From contig MNCI01000270.1 in NCBI GenBank assembly GCA_015680685.1, positions 1,041,902 to 1,105,901 of the forward strand: a stretch of 64,000 nucleotides of DNA, read 5' to 3'. Every line of letters starts with the position of its first letter. The stretch's first letter is position 1. The notes under the pieces are model-generated. The model did not search any database. It worked only from the letters and a program-made list of their open reading frames with translations, and was not told the origin of the DNA. The position numbers were made by a program, and so were the translations under genes. Below, piece after piece: positions 11,401-23,900 of the stretch. The stretch comes from Gnetum montanum (Eukaryota > Plantae > Gnetophyta).

Positions 11401-13038
11401 AAAATAATTTAATTTTTTTATGCACATGTTGAACTAGCATCCCAACTTTGGCTTATTGTTAATAGGTGAAGAAGAGGTTTTCGCCCCTAAGGTAGGGGCC
11501 CTACTATACAAGAAGAGGAGGAGGCTCCTACCATAGAGGAAGGGGGCCCCTGTTGTAGAAGAAGAGGTCCTTTCCATAGAGGAAGATTTTGTGGATTGTG
11601 CCTCAGAACCCAAAAAGCACATGACAGTTGAAGATGCTGCTGCACTTTTAAGGAAACTTGAGGAAGAAGGGCTACAGTTTGAGGTCGATGAGTTTGATGA
11701 TTTTTTTGACACTTTGTTGATGGACGATCCCCCCACTCTCACCCTTGAGGGTTTGCTAGGTAGGAGCTTTACATTATCATTTATGTTTCTTCCCACTTTC
11801 CTATCCCTCTTCTTCATAATGCTAACATGATTTTACTGTATAGTGGACACTGCTACTAAGGATCCTAAGTCTTTCTCTTTCTTTCATCTACAGCCATGGA
11901 CAGAAACCCTAAATAAATTTACCTTTATGAAGGGGATAGTTGATGACATGATTGACCGCTTAAGGCAAATTAACCCCAAGGTAGGTGCGTTTGAACTGCA
12001 GCATTTTCTCTCTATGTTATTCTATTTTTTCCATCATCTAATGATTAATGCTTCTTTATGTATGATTAACAGCTTCTCGACCTAAGTGGAACCTACAAAA
12101 AATAGTTCAAGTTGAGGTTGTGCCTAAGCTCCCTCTAGAGGTAACCGAGCTACCTCATGATATATACGAGGAGGAAAGTAAATGTGCACTATACTTGGCA
12201 TGGTCCTTGTGGGAGTGTAGGTGCATTAATGAAGACCTCTGGAAAAGGGTCCAGAAACTTAAGAAAGAGAAAGCAAGTCAAGCAGTTGAATTAGAAGATC
12301 TATGGTCAAGGAATGAGTTTTTAATGGCTTGTGATACTTCAGATGGCAATTGGTGTACGGTTGTAATCGATTATGCTAGATACTGGTCAGCCGTATGAGG
12401 CAAGAATGAGGCTACCTAGGAGGTGATCGAACAACACTTGCAAATGGATCTATTGGCCCAGAAAAATCAAGATTGGAAGGATTATAGTGCCAAAGCATAC
12501 GAATGCGTGCAGGCATAGAAAAATCATAAACACATGTATAAGATGGAACGTGCTACCTATCGCTAGAAGTATAGAGATGTATCTGTAGAATATTTCACTC
12601 ATGAACTATTTCTTGATATAATTGGTGCTACTCGGGCCTATGAAAAATTTGCAAAGCAGGTAGTGGTGAGTGAATCTCTTGAGAGAGAGGTAACCTTACC
12701 ATCTGGGGAGAACACTACCACCTTTTCTCCGGGGCCACCCACATGGACAGCTATGGAGAAGGGAAAGCTTGCAGTGAGCATTGATTTGGGGGAGGAAGAT
12801 TGGGCCAACTTAACCAAGGAAGAGATTCTTCACTGCTTAGCAACTGGTCTTGATCAAATACCCTTGGAGATGGACGTAGGCCCATCTCAGGTTTGCCAAG
12901 CTTTACTATATCGTAGTCTATTTTGTAAGAGCCTTATCGTAGTTTGATTCATTATTTGGTTCTTACATTATATAGGACCCAACTGAAGATGTAGGTCCTA
13001 GTGGAGCAAGAGATAAAGATATCGACAAAGACTTGTAG
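8484..13038 (+). pseudogene. Antisense 8-exon accessory gene of T1; exons 8484-8602, 9423-9872, 9956-10230, 10319-11370, 11466-11759, 11844-11984, 12073-12890, 12976-13038; ~1070 aa; NIF/FCP1-like + PMD/Transposase_32-like + acidic + coiled coil
   Basis: All 7 introns are GT..AG and AT-rich, and splice phases match at every junction (2,2,1,1,1,1,0). Homologous exons occur in T3 and T4. Most in-frame stops are single transitions (CAG/TGG/CGA to TAG/TGA). Confidence 0.85.
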
Positions 13039-13194
13039 CCTATCAACAAAATGTTTTTTTAATATAATGCTTATTGTTAGACACTATTTCTACTCTAAGT
13101 ATGGGCTTATGTTTAATGAAAAGTGAAATAGTTGTTTTATTTCCTTTGATTAATATATTTGTTGGTGTACTTGGGCCTCTTTAGGGCCCCATGC

Positions 13195-13490
13195 TCTAGT
13201 TTTGGGCCATTTCATGCCTTTGCTAGTTTTATGCCATTTTGGGCTATTGCTAGTTTTAAGGCACTTCTGACCATATACAACATAATTTCAAAAAGTGAGT
13301 TGCTGGATTTAGGCCTTGGCAGGCCATGCGATAGTTTAAGGCCATTCCAGGCTGTCCCTAGTTTTAGGCCATTTTAGGCCGTTGATAGTTTTAGACCATT
13401 TTAGGTCATGCTAAATAATCTCTGAAAGTAGAGTTGCTAGTTTTAGGCCTTAGCAGGCCATGGTGATAGTTTAAGACCATTCCAGGCCAC
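13195..13490. repeat. Degenerate tandem repeats (TAGTTT(T/A)AGGCCATT) between the antisense gene 3' end and the protease stop (T1)
   Basis: Roughly 9-10 imperfect units; equivalent arrays in T3 and T4. Confidence 0.85.
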
Positions 13491-13611
13491 ATGTAAGGTA
13501 ACTAATGCCAGTGGAAAACATAATGCAAATGGTGAACCTAATGCAAAATAAAGACTATACAAACAAAATTATTGAATCCAAATATTCATAGAAGTAAAGT
13601 AGAGGTAAACT

Positions 13612-16600
13612 CTAATCACGCAATTGTTTTGTAACTTGATGTGGGCTAGGCAAGGCATATGGTCGGGAAGCCTTACTATGATATTCCTCTATGCTGTCAT
13701 CTACCATTTGGAAGGGCAATTCAGCCCACATGGCTTCTTTATCTAAGTTGGTGGTTTTGATTGGCTCATTTATCGAACATGCGATTTCAATATGGATAGG
13801 TGATACATTTTCAGAGACTTCTATCTCTGACCCTTCCTCTACATCTATATTATTTATATCTTGAGAGGCTACTTCATCACTGAAGATCACTACCTCTCCA
13901 CTAGCATAGGGTAAGAGAATTTCTTAGTGTATAGGTGAGGAGACAGTCCTTAATTGGGCTAACCACGATCTTCCCAAGATCCAGTTAAACCCAGGCATCT
14001 CTTCTACCACTATAAATTTTGCACTGGTGGGAAACTGGTCCCCTGCCACAAAATTAATAGTAACGGTCCCTTTAACCACAACACATGCCCCATTGAATGA
14101 CTTTAAACAAGAACTTACTGTGGGCTTGATTTGATCTACTAGGCCTAACTTGTCAACAATGGGGAATGGAATTACATTAGTTGCAACCCCATCATCGACA
14201 TGCACCCTATGAATCTTGTACTAACCAACACGAATTGTGATAAACATGGGGGAAGTTGATACCTAGCCATTTTTAGGTCAACTTTAATGGCTTTGTCATG
14301 AAAAATCAAATGAGTTGGCCATGGTTCCTCAGTTATGGGTGGAAGCATAATAGCATGGATGGCCCTCTCCTTGGCTAGCATGTTTTCACTAATAGGGATA
14401 GATGCTAACATACGAACCAAAGCCTCACAATGTAGCGCAGAAGTCATTATTAAATCATACAGGCTTAGGGTTGTGTTTTTTTGTTTCAAAGATTGTCTAA
14501 CTTGTGAAAGGACTTCTAGGAAATCTTGTCCACTATTTAGTTTTTTGTCAATTTTTGCTTCTTCCAAATGCCCTAAAAGGTGGATTTCCCAAGGAGGAGT
14601 GGCTTTGGACTGAACAATAATTTTTTCTTTTGGATCAAGGGGTGATGGTTGCATTTGTGTGTTGCTACCAATGGCTTTTGATGATGAGGTCATGGGAACT
14701 GCCAACAAGGGGGTGGGCTTAGGGGGGCCCAATACAGTGCATTTTCTACCCAACTTATCTGCTAGGAGTTCCTCATGTTTCCTTGGATGAGAAGGCTAAG
14801 ATGCAATTCCCACCACTAGACTTTGGGTAGTAGGGGAACTCGCATACTTCAGCACCTTGATAATGAAAGGTGCTTGAGTTGTTGTAGTGGCACATGATGT
14901 AGTCTTAAGTACGAAGGGTGCAATAGATGTTTGTGGAGAGACCTTAATGACAAAAGGGGTTGGTAGCTTGGTTGGTATTGAAGCTTCAACATCACAGGGG
15001 GGTACATGAACCACAAATGGCTCATGTTGTGATTTAACGTCATCATCAATGCTGATGGCATTAATGGTATAACCTACACTATTAACATTCAACGGATCTT
15101 CATAGACATTCATCGATTTATTTTTAGGCCAGATAGGACTGCTCTCATCAAGGACCAACTTACCTTGATCAATCATTTGCTGAATGTCATCTTTCAGTTC
15201 TAAGCAATAATCTTTGTCATGCCCATACAATTGATGATAATCACAAAAGCACTCTGCCCTAAAGTTCTTAGGTACCAGTGGTTCATTAGGCATAACCAAA
15301 GAGGGGTCTCAAAGGACTTCACAGTACCTCTAGTGACATTTAAGGGCCTCCTCTGACATTTTTTTGTGTTGGATATGCCTAGCCCTCAATAATTGGTTCA
15401 AAACCTCTGATGGCTTAATTGGTAGCGAGGTATATTTCGAGCGATATTTGCACTCAAAATTTGACTAGTGCTACTAGAGCTGGATGTTGTATTAGTCGGT
15501 GCTAGCATTTTATATGCTTTGGTGATTTTTTTACCATTGTTGGGCCTGGCTTCATTAGCCACTATGGCCACCATGGTTGTTGTAGCTTTCCCTTTTTCCT
15601 TGTCTTTTTTTGTATGTGTGTTTTTATAAGCTATATAAGCTAGATCTTTACTAGCTTCTGCTACATCCCAAATGCTTTTAGTTTAAGTGAATCCCTACCT
15701 AAGGGAATGTGGAGCCAAGTAATATAGTTTGGATTTGATAAAATCATTTATTACACTCTTGAAAATGACTAGTAGATGGGCCTTAGCAATTGGTTTACAA
15801 ATCTCATTTAAGATAGCACTCCAATGTTGTATGAACTTTTGTACAAGCTCTAATGGTTCTTGTTTAACATTCATAAGTGGGTCTAAAGTGACTTCTAGCT
15901 TCAAGCTATACTTGAAATGAGTCACAAACTAACTTAACAATTATTTTAATGTCAAAATAGAAGTGCATGGAAGTGCACGATACTAGTCCAAAGCCTTGCC
16001 TGTCAAGGACATGGCAAAAACACATATGATGGCATGATCCCACAACTGTAGTAATAGAGACTCAAACCTAAAAGTAACCAAATGGGTGTTCAGGTCACCC
16101 TCTCCATTATATTTTATGAACTAGGGACGTTGTACCCCAGGAGGTAGTGTAAGAGAAGGAACAACTGGGCTAATTAGGACATCTTGGTAGAAGTCCATGA
16201 CTTGGACTGTTTCAAATCTAGCTACCTTAAGCTACTTAACTTCATCAATAAGGATCTGAATAAGCTGAAAGGCTTGGTCCAAGCCTGAGGGTGTTACAGG
16301 AGATTACATGAGCTGGACTGCTTGGGGAGATATTGAAGCATCCATCATTGGAGGTGTTGTTGGTGTAACAACCAATCCCATTGGTGGTGCTATTGGAATA
16401 GTTCCAGTTGGTGGCATTTTTTGAGTGGCCTACAGCCTAATGGGTGGTGCTATTAAGGTAGCTAACATTGGTTGTGCCGTAGGGATGGTTACTTACCCAA
16501 TTGCTAGAGCAGCCCATAGCTCTGTGGTTGGTTACACCACATTTTATGCTTGATACATGTGGGGCTACACATATTGTGGCATCTAAGATTCTTGAACCAT

Positions 16601-17398
16601 AGGAAAAGACATTGCTAGCCACCATGTAGTTGAGGTGGGGCCTGCTACTGAGGATAAAATGGGTATAGAAGAGGTAATAGAATTAGGACTTGTATATGGC
16701 TATGACATGGGCATGGTATGCACATAGGATAGTGTAGGCCTCACAGATGTTGGCTACAAGATTTGAATAGATTGGGAAGGAATGATAAAGGGAAATAAGG
16801 ATGAAGGCCTGACATGTTGCTGTGCTGATAGCATTTGATGACTACCCATCACCAAGGAGGGTCTAGGCTATGATAGTGTCATGGAAGTCACAAAACAAGC
16901 AAAATATTGTGACTAGTGTGAACGAAGGACAGAAGTAGATAGGGTAGCCATGGTGTAGATTAGACCATCACTTTTAGAATAAGACTCTACCTCCTCTTAC
17001 CCATCATGAAGAGGTTCACCATAGTGAGATGTTGTGTCCTATTTTCTTGACTTACTCAATTTCATAAGTTGGGCTAAAAGCCATTGGAAGGTTTCAGTAA
17101 GTGGGATAATGGTATTAGAAGTAGGAAGGAACTCCCTTCCATTTCGATGAATGATTTCAAAATTACATTTTTCCTCGAGTTTGTGATGATCCAATGGTAG
17201 GTTCACTTGGATCTTTTCACAGAGGAAGTTATACTACTCTTCTTCGCAAGGTAGACATTTAGGCTATTGTTGTTGTAGCCTAAGAGATTCTCATGGTATC
17301 TGTGTTGGGCTAGGCAGTTGCTTGGGGTCCCCCATGTGTTTAATAGAGTAGGACACCTCTAAATTCAAGGTGGTAATTGAATTGCTATTAGGATTCAT
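13612..17398 (-). pseudogene. gag: T1 gag-protease ORF (degenerate), ending in its own stop
   Basis: ATG at 17398 (MNPN..). Capsid-like FIKYNGEGDLN.HLV.F. Tat-type CX2HX4HX4C knuckle (CDYHQLYGHDKDYC). Protease VHVDDGVATNVIP...FNWILGRSWL. Ends QLRD*. Confidence 0.9.
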
Positions 17399-17820
17399 CT
17401 TCCTTGTATAAACAAGGTGTAAGAGGGAAAGATACTGGTAAGAAATGGTCTAAAACAATACATTTTTATGCTAACCAATTGAATATGAAAGCCATAAGGA
17501 AGATAGACCACCAATGGGTATGTCTAAAAATGCTAGAAGATAAATTATTCCCACCATTATACTTGCTACGCTAAGGAGGACCCTGCTACACTAATGGGGT
17601 CACTACGCTACACAGCACACAGAAAGCTTAGCATAGTAGATAGGTTTTTGGGTTTTTTTCCTACAGGGTTTCAGAGGAACTACCTACTGGGGCTAATCTA
17701 CACCAACTATACATATACAACCATAGGGGTGTCACGTCTACAGTAGCGGGTTACTAGTGACGGGGTACAAAAAGCATGCAGGACTATCCATGGAACACAG
17801 AAGAAACTTAGAGGTTTAGA

Positions 17821-17837
17821 CCCTCCTTCTAGCATCA
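17821..17837 (-). promoter_or_regulatory. Primer binding site, tRNA-Asn (T1)
   Basis: Plus strand CCCTCCTTCTAGCATCA vs plant tRNA-Asn 3' end CCCTCCTTCTAGCGCCA (15/17), 5 nt from the LTR edge. Confidence 0.85.
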
Positions 17838-17842
17838 AAAAC

Positions 17843-19993
17843 TATAACACTCAAAAACATCAGTGGCTGGAACATTGAGAGGTTATCAGGCATACAACCT
17901 AACCCTGAGTCCATGGGAGGGTCCTGCTAGAGAAAATGGAAACAAGGTGCTCTGAATGGTCTGCTTGATTAGATAGGGACTTATGCAGTGTTCAATAACC
18001 ATTTTTGAACACTAATTTTAGAATGTAACACATGGAGGTTGGGATGAAAGAGAACGTAGCACCCCACAACAATAGAAATGTATCAATGTATATAACTAGG
18101 ATAATGAACATTAACAAATACACGATGATGTAACATATATGCTATAATAAAAAAGAGTGAGAGTTTGAGTAAAGAAATGCACTACCCCAAATCAAGGGAT
18201 TTGACTTTTGATTGAATGATGAATGTGTACAACTGGTATGTGGCACTGGACAAACACATTTGGGTAATGGAACAATATGGTCACAGCTCCTGGAATGCTG
18301 CAGATGTGGTGTTGACAAGAAAAAATGAGCTGATGGTTGCTAGGCTGAAAGCTACTACATTGTGGGTAGGTTTCATGCTTGAGTGTGGGGGTTGCTAAGA
18401 GATTTGCAATGTTATAATGCTGGGATTTTTAGCTCATCAACCTTCTGCTTGCCAATCCTCTGCAAAATCCTACTACCAAAATCCAACCCTTAGAATTTTT
18501 TTTTTTTAGGTATTTATACAGCCAAGAGTGGGAGGAAGATGTGGTTTGAATGCCACATGTCCTAGGCCCCATATAGCATGAACGTGGATGTGTCATGTTG
18601 GTGTGCTATGCTCAAAATGTGGTGCTACACTGATCTGTTACACTAAATGGGACAACAATAGGAACAAAAAATATACCAAGCTATGACCATATTTCTTGGA
18701 CTGCATGTGCCAGAATCTGAGAAACTACCATTTTTTTACAAAAAAGGCTTACATCAAATGCAAAATGGAGCCTACGCTCTAGGACTACATCTTCCCTCCT
18801 CTTTCGAGTAGGGCCAAGAATAGGGAAAACTTTGGAGATTGACAAGGGATGCAAAAAACAAAGAAAACCACTAATCTAGTCTATCAAGGAGATGATGGAG
18901 CAGAGATGACCATTGATGATGAGTTCTAGAAGTTCTAGGGATGTCCTAAGGCTTCTTCGCAAGTGTTACACTATCTATGCTATCCAGCATAGTGATGTAG
19001 TATGAACACTGGCATACTACACTATGCTATGCTGGGTAGCATAGCAGAGTATAGCATCCCTTTTTGCCTCAATTTTACCAAAAAACTAGAAATTCCATTC
19101 TAAGATCGAGCAAGGCAAGAAACTTCAATAATTGGCAACCATGTTTCTCATGTGAAAAGAGCCTATGAACTCCTGGTTTCATTTTTGAACACCTTTTATG
19201 CTTGATATCCTTGCTATGTTGTGTAGTGTAGTAGAACATACCACTTGATTATTCATGAATTTTGCACTACTCTACCATGGGACCTTCATCATGTTCTAGC
19301 GACAAAGTGGGATAGGCAACCCTAGAGGTTGAAGAATGGTTAGATGCATTTTTCATGCCAAAACAACTTGAAGGAGACTTTTGTTGTTGTTGGCACCTTG
19401 CTAGGCTATGTAGCATAGCACAGCGTAGCACTTAAAGTAAGATGACTTTTGTGAAAATTGCTAGATCTTCTTCATGCCATGTTGATCATACTCCAAGGAT
19501 GAAGCAGGGCAAGCATCCTTGAAGACCGAATCATTACCAACTGCACCTTCTACATCTGATCTAACACTTGAGATGGTTTCAACACCACATGGCCTACTAC
19601 GTTGTGTAGTGTAGTGTAGCATAGTAGGTCCCATAAATAGAAAACTTGCAAAACTATTTGGTCCACCCTAAACACTTTTGACAACTCCTAGCTTGGCAAT
19701 TGGGTAGACTGACAACTAGGACATGTATTGAGTTGGACAAGCTAGAGAGTGTAGCAAGCTTGACAGCCTAGGAGATAGAAAATTTGCCAAATTGTATGGT
19801 CCACCCTCATTGCCCCATTTGTGCAAACTAGTTTTGCAACTAGATGCTACGCTGATTGTGCTGAAGAGCATAGCAGACACACCCAAACACAACTTTTTAC
19901 CTATTAGGACTTCCAGGGTGTCAAGCTATTTGCACAGCCTAGCGTGACACCACACCTAAAGAATCATGAAAGCCCAAAATTGATGGTGTTTTA
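17843..19993 (-). repeat. T1 5' LTR (~2.15 kb)
   Basis: Colinear with 48819-51183; TATA on the minus strand at ~18511-18519; termini are mutated TG..CA. Confidence 0.88.
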
Positions 19994-20527
19994 GTGGGAA
20001 AATGAGACCCAGAGCACATCACACTGGTAGAGAGGAAAAGGTGCACATCACGACCCACTACAGCCCCATTGTAGCCATACAGAACACTGCACAATACATT
20101 GTAGAAACCAACCTAGTAGACACGATTCATCATAGCAAGTTTCAAACTTCATGACCTGACATCACCGAGACTATAACTGTGTTTCCACTTTGCCTATTGT
20201 ACATTATGTACCTTCTAAGACCTTTTTGAAGTTAATTACACTCCTATTTGGGGTGGTGTTCCATTTCTGTCTCCCATTTTAAGCATTTTTTTTTTTTGCA
20301 TCTTTCTGCACTTTTTCATGTGTCATCATGTTGTACTATGTATTTTTTGCATTTGCATTTCAGCTAACGACACCACCCCTCAGTTGTATCCACTACCCCA
20401 ATTACAACTGGCAAAGTTCCTATTCAATCAACAAGACCATTTAGGGTGCTCCACCTCCATTTCCAGTAAGGCCTTCATGCAAATGACCCCTCAATGATTC
20501 TAGCCACTGATGTTTTCGGTTGTTATA
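19994..20527 (+). repeat. 3' part (R/U5) of a plus-orientation Tat-like LTR into which T1 inserted
   Basis: Similar to 37150-37500; ends AGCCACTGATGTTTTCGGTTGTTATA, the family U5 terminus. Confidence 0.75.
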
Positions 20528-20984
20528 GAAGGAACCTCAAATTTCTAGAACAAGGAAAACCATAGAGTTTATTCAATGGGTGAATGAGGTGGACTCACTA
20601 CCTATTCTATGAAAAATAAACCATGTCATATATTAGAATTCAAAAATATAAACTAAACATTGAAAATCACAACATTAAGCACAAACCATCATTAGTAAAT
20701 AGTAATAGTGGCACTATGTCATGTGGCAATAAAGTAATTTTATTAGTAAACATAAGGAAATATCACATTTTGAATAAAACAAAACAAAGTAAAATATATA
20801 AGAAAGTGTAAAATAATCAAGAAAGGTTCAAAAGTACTAAGAATGGTGTAAAATTAGAAAAATTTGAACATAAAAAATTTTTAAAATAAATAACTTGTAA
20901 AATTAGAAAAATGTGGAAAACAAAAAAAGTAGAAAAACTAAGAAGCCATATGGATTGTTGAAATGGATGGCCATCTCCCCCATC

Positions 20985-23900
20985 ACTAAGTTGGAACGAG
21001 GAGATCCAAAAAATGGAACGTGATTGTCCATTCATCGAGGTGGTAGTTGCACCAACCTATCTTGGTTCAAGGAAAGGCTTTACTTGTTGGATGTTGACCA
21101 AATACTTTTTATTTGGGCTTTTAGGTTTGTAAATTATCATGGCCCCAAAGGAAAAGGTTTGATCAATTATATAAGGTTCCTTCCACAAAATTTGGAAATT
21201 TTCCTTTTGAGGTACATGTGTGGGGTTCTAATAGAGGACCTTATCTCCTAGTTAAAGTTTTACTTTTCTTATTTTGAGGTCATGACATTACTCACTTAAT
21301 GCCTTGTGTACCTAATTTAAAGATAGGATGACTAATCGATTTTCATCTAGCACATTTAGGTTGATTAATCTTTCTTTCTATGCTAAACTTAGGTCAAGAT
21401 TCAGATCATAGGCTGTTGAGAGTATACGGAGCTCAGATTGAATCAAGAGCAATGGAAGTTTGCTATACACCAACTTGTAGGGAGAATAACCAATAGGAAG
21501 TTTCTATGTTGAACGATAAGCCTAGAGGGCATCATTAAGTTTTGTACTCCAATCTTTCCTATATTTTCTAATGGTTCATGTTAGTATTTTTGTGATCTCC
21601 TAGCTAGTTACCTCAACTTAACCGTTGGCTTAGGGGTGGTAGGATGTTGATTTATGTTCAACCCCCAAGCATTGCATCAACTTTCTAAAAGTGGAACCTG
21701 AGAAATGAGTTCCATTATCAAAAATTAGTGAACATGGTATCCCAAACCTATTTACAATATTTTATTGTATAAATCTAGCGGTAGTGGATGATGTACAATT
21801 AGTGATGGCTACTGCTTCTACCCATTTTGTGCAATAGTTGATTGCTACGATAATATATGTCGTTTCGTTGGACATGGTTGTGTGGGACCCATGAAGTCAA
21901 CACCCCATATGTCAAAAGGCTATAGTGGTTGAATCCACTATTAAGGACCTTCCATGAAAGTGGTCATCCTTCCATCTCATTGACAATGTTCACAAGACTT
22001 GATGAACTAGTGGGCATCCCTAAAGATTATAGGCCAATAGTATCTGGCATCAGGATTTTTATGGTTGTGCATCTTGCATAGTAGCCTCTACAAGGCCCTT
22101 CATGAGCATCTTGAAGAACACATAGTTAATCTTTGTCAGGGACACACCAATGAATCAGGCCATCATCACACACATTGTAGAGGTGTCTATTGATTTCCAT
22201 GAAATATTTGACTTGATGAAGAAATTGTTGCCTCTTTCTAAAGTCAAGATCTTGTGAAACCTCCTAAGTGAGAAGATAAGTGAGGATGCTATTGCTCACT
22301 TATTTTGTTATTTTTGCGAAACCTCCTAAGTCAAGATTTTGTTATTTTTGCATGCATTTGTTCACTTATTACTCCTATAAAGAGGAGTTTGTTTGAAAAT
22401 TGGTTAGAGAGTGGGCTCTCCTCCTCTTTATTATCCCATCTTAAGAGAACAATGTGTTTAGTGACCACATCTCAGTCCTTTTTCAATCTACCATTATGAG
22501 GTTGAATTCCTACAAGATCGCAAGCCACCTTATGACATGAGGGCTCACCATTGGCTTGTTCATAAGGAAGAAAATTACACTATGGTTTGTGTGCACAAAT
22601 ACTTTGTAGCTAAGTACATAGTGCCTGAACTTTTCCAAAGTGTACACCACTATCATTAGTTCTTTCTCCATGGTGGTGTAATTTAATTGTGCACCCACAA
22701 TGCTTCGACTCATGCAGTGGATGTAGTATGGGTATTTCTTATTATCCATCTACATGAGCACTACTCCCAAGACATAGTTAGATGCATCCATCATGATGTG
22801 GAAGGGTATAGACTAGTCTGGTGGTCATAGGATTGGTGTTTCTACAAGTTTCTCTTTTAACTGTTGGAATGTATGTTCACATTCCTTATTCCAGATCAAA
22901 GGTGCATCTTTCTTTATAAGCTCTACAAATAGTTTTGCGATTTTATAGAAATTCTCTATAAATCTTCAATAGTAGCCAGTGTGTCCAAGGAATGACCAAA
23001 CATCTTTAACTATTTCTATTTGGCATGTTATTCTTTGGATGACCCTTATCTTTTCTGGATCCACCCCAATCCCTTTTTGCAAAATTTGGTGTCATAGCAC
23101 AATGCCTTCTTGGACCATGAGATGACTCTTTTGCTAGTTGAGCCACAAGTTTGTTTTAACACATCTCTTTAACACTTGCTCAAGGTGGTCCAAGGCTTTC
23201 TCAAATGTAGCTCCAGAGGTGAAAAATTCATCCATGAAGATTTCCACACAACTACCAATCTACTATTTTAAAATACTAAAGACCAAGCATTGAAATTTTG
23301 TAAGGGCATTGCATAGTCCAAATGGCATCTTACAATATGCAAAAGTCCCCCAAGGACTCATGAATGTTATCTTGGCCTAATCTTCTGGTGCAATTTGAAT
23401 TTGGTTATAGCCACTATAACCATCCAAGAAGCTATAATAATAATGCCCAAATATGGTGTCCAATTCTTGATCCACAAATGACAGTGTAAAATGATCTTTA
23501 CATGTTTCCGTATTCAATAGCCTAAATTTAATGAAAACCTGCCATTTTCCATCCTTCTTTGACACAATTATGAGTGGGCTAACCCACTCACTATCCATGA
23601 TTGGGCACATGAACCCTACCATGAGGAGTTGTTCGGTTTCCTCTTTGACAATCTGCTTCTACTTAGGTTTCAATCACCTTTGCAACTACCCTCTAAGCTT
23701 CATGGCTAGGTTGGTGTAAATGTGATGTTGGCATACCCTTGGATCAATTCTAGTTAGCTTGGGATACAATTAAGCAAAGGCTATTGGCCATTTGTTAACT
23801 ACCTTTAACAACTTTTTTTTTATTTGGGAGCAAGTTTGGCATTAATTATGACCAGTTTACCATTGTTTAAAAATGCATATTCCATGCTAGTTGGTAAAGT

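Larger units (their letters stand above)
2295..19993 (-). mobile_element. Ty3/gypsy Tat-like LTR retrotransposon copy T1 (degenerate, near complete): 5'LTR-PBS-gag-PR-[antisense gene]-RT-RH-aRH-INT-3'UTR-PPT-3'LTR (truncated)
   Basis: Matching LTR termini (2295-2434 vs ~19855-19993), PBS, PPT and all retroelement domains in gypsy order on the minus strand. Confidence 0.92.

Noticed and set aside
11591-12085. Hydrophobic TM-like ORF tails suggesting an env gene
   Set aside because: The tails are read-through into T-rich introns 5 and 6.
8484-13038. Ordinary host gene interrupted by transposons
   Set aside because: It recurs at the same position and relative orientation in four element copies, so it is element cargo.
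17821-17837. tRNA gene
   Set aside because: Only the 17-nt PBS match to a tRNA 3' end; no cloverleaf.
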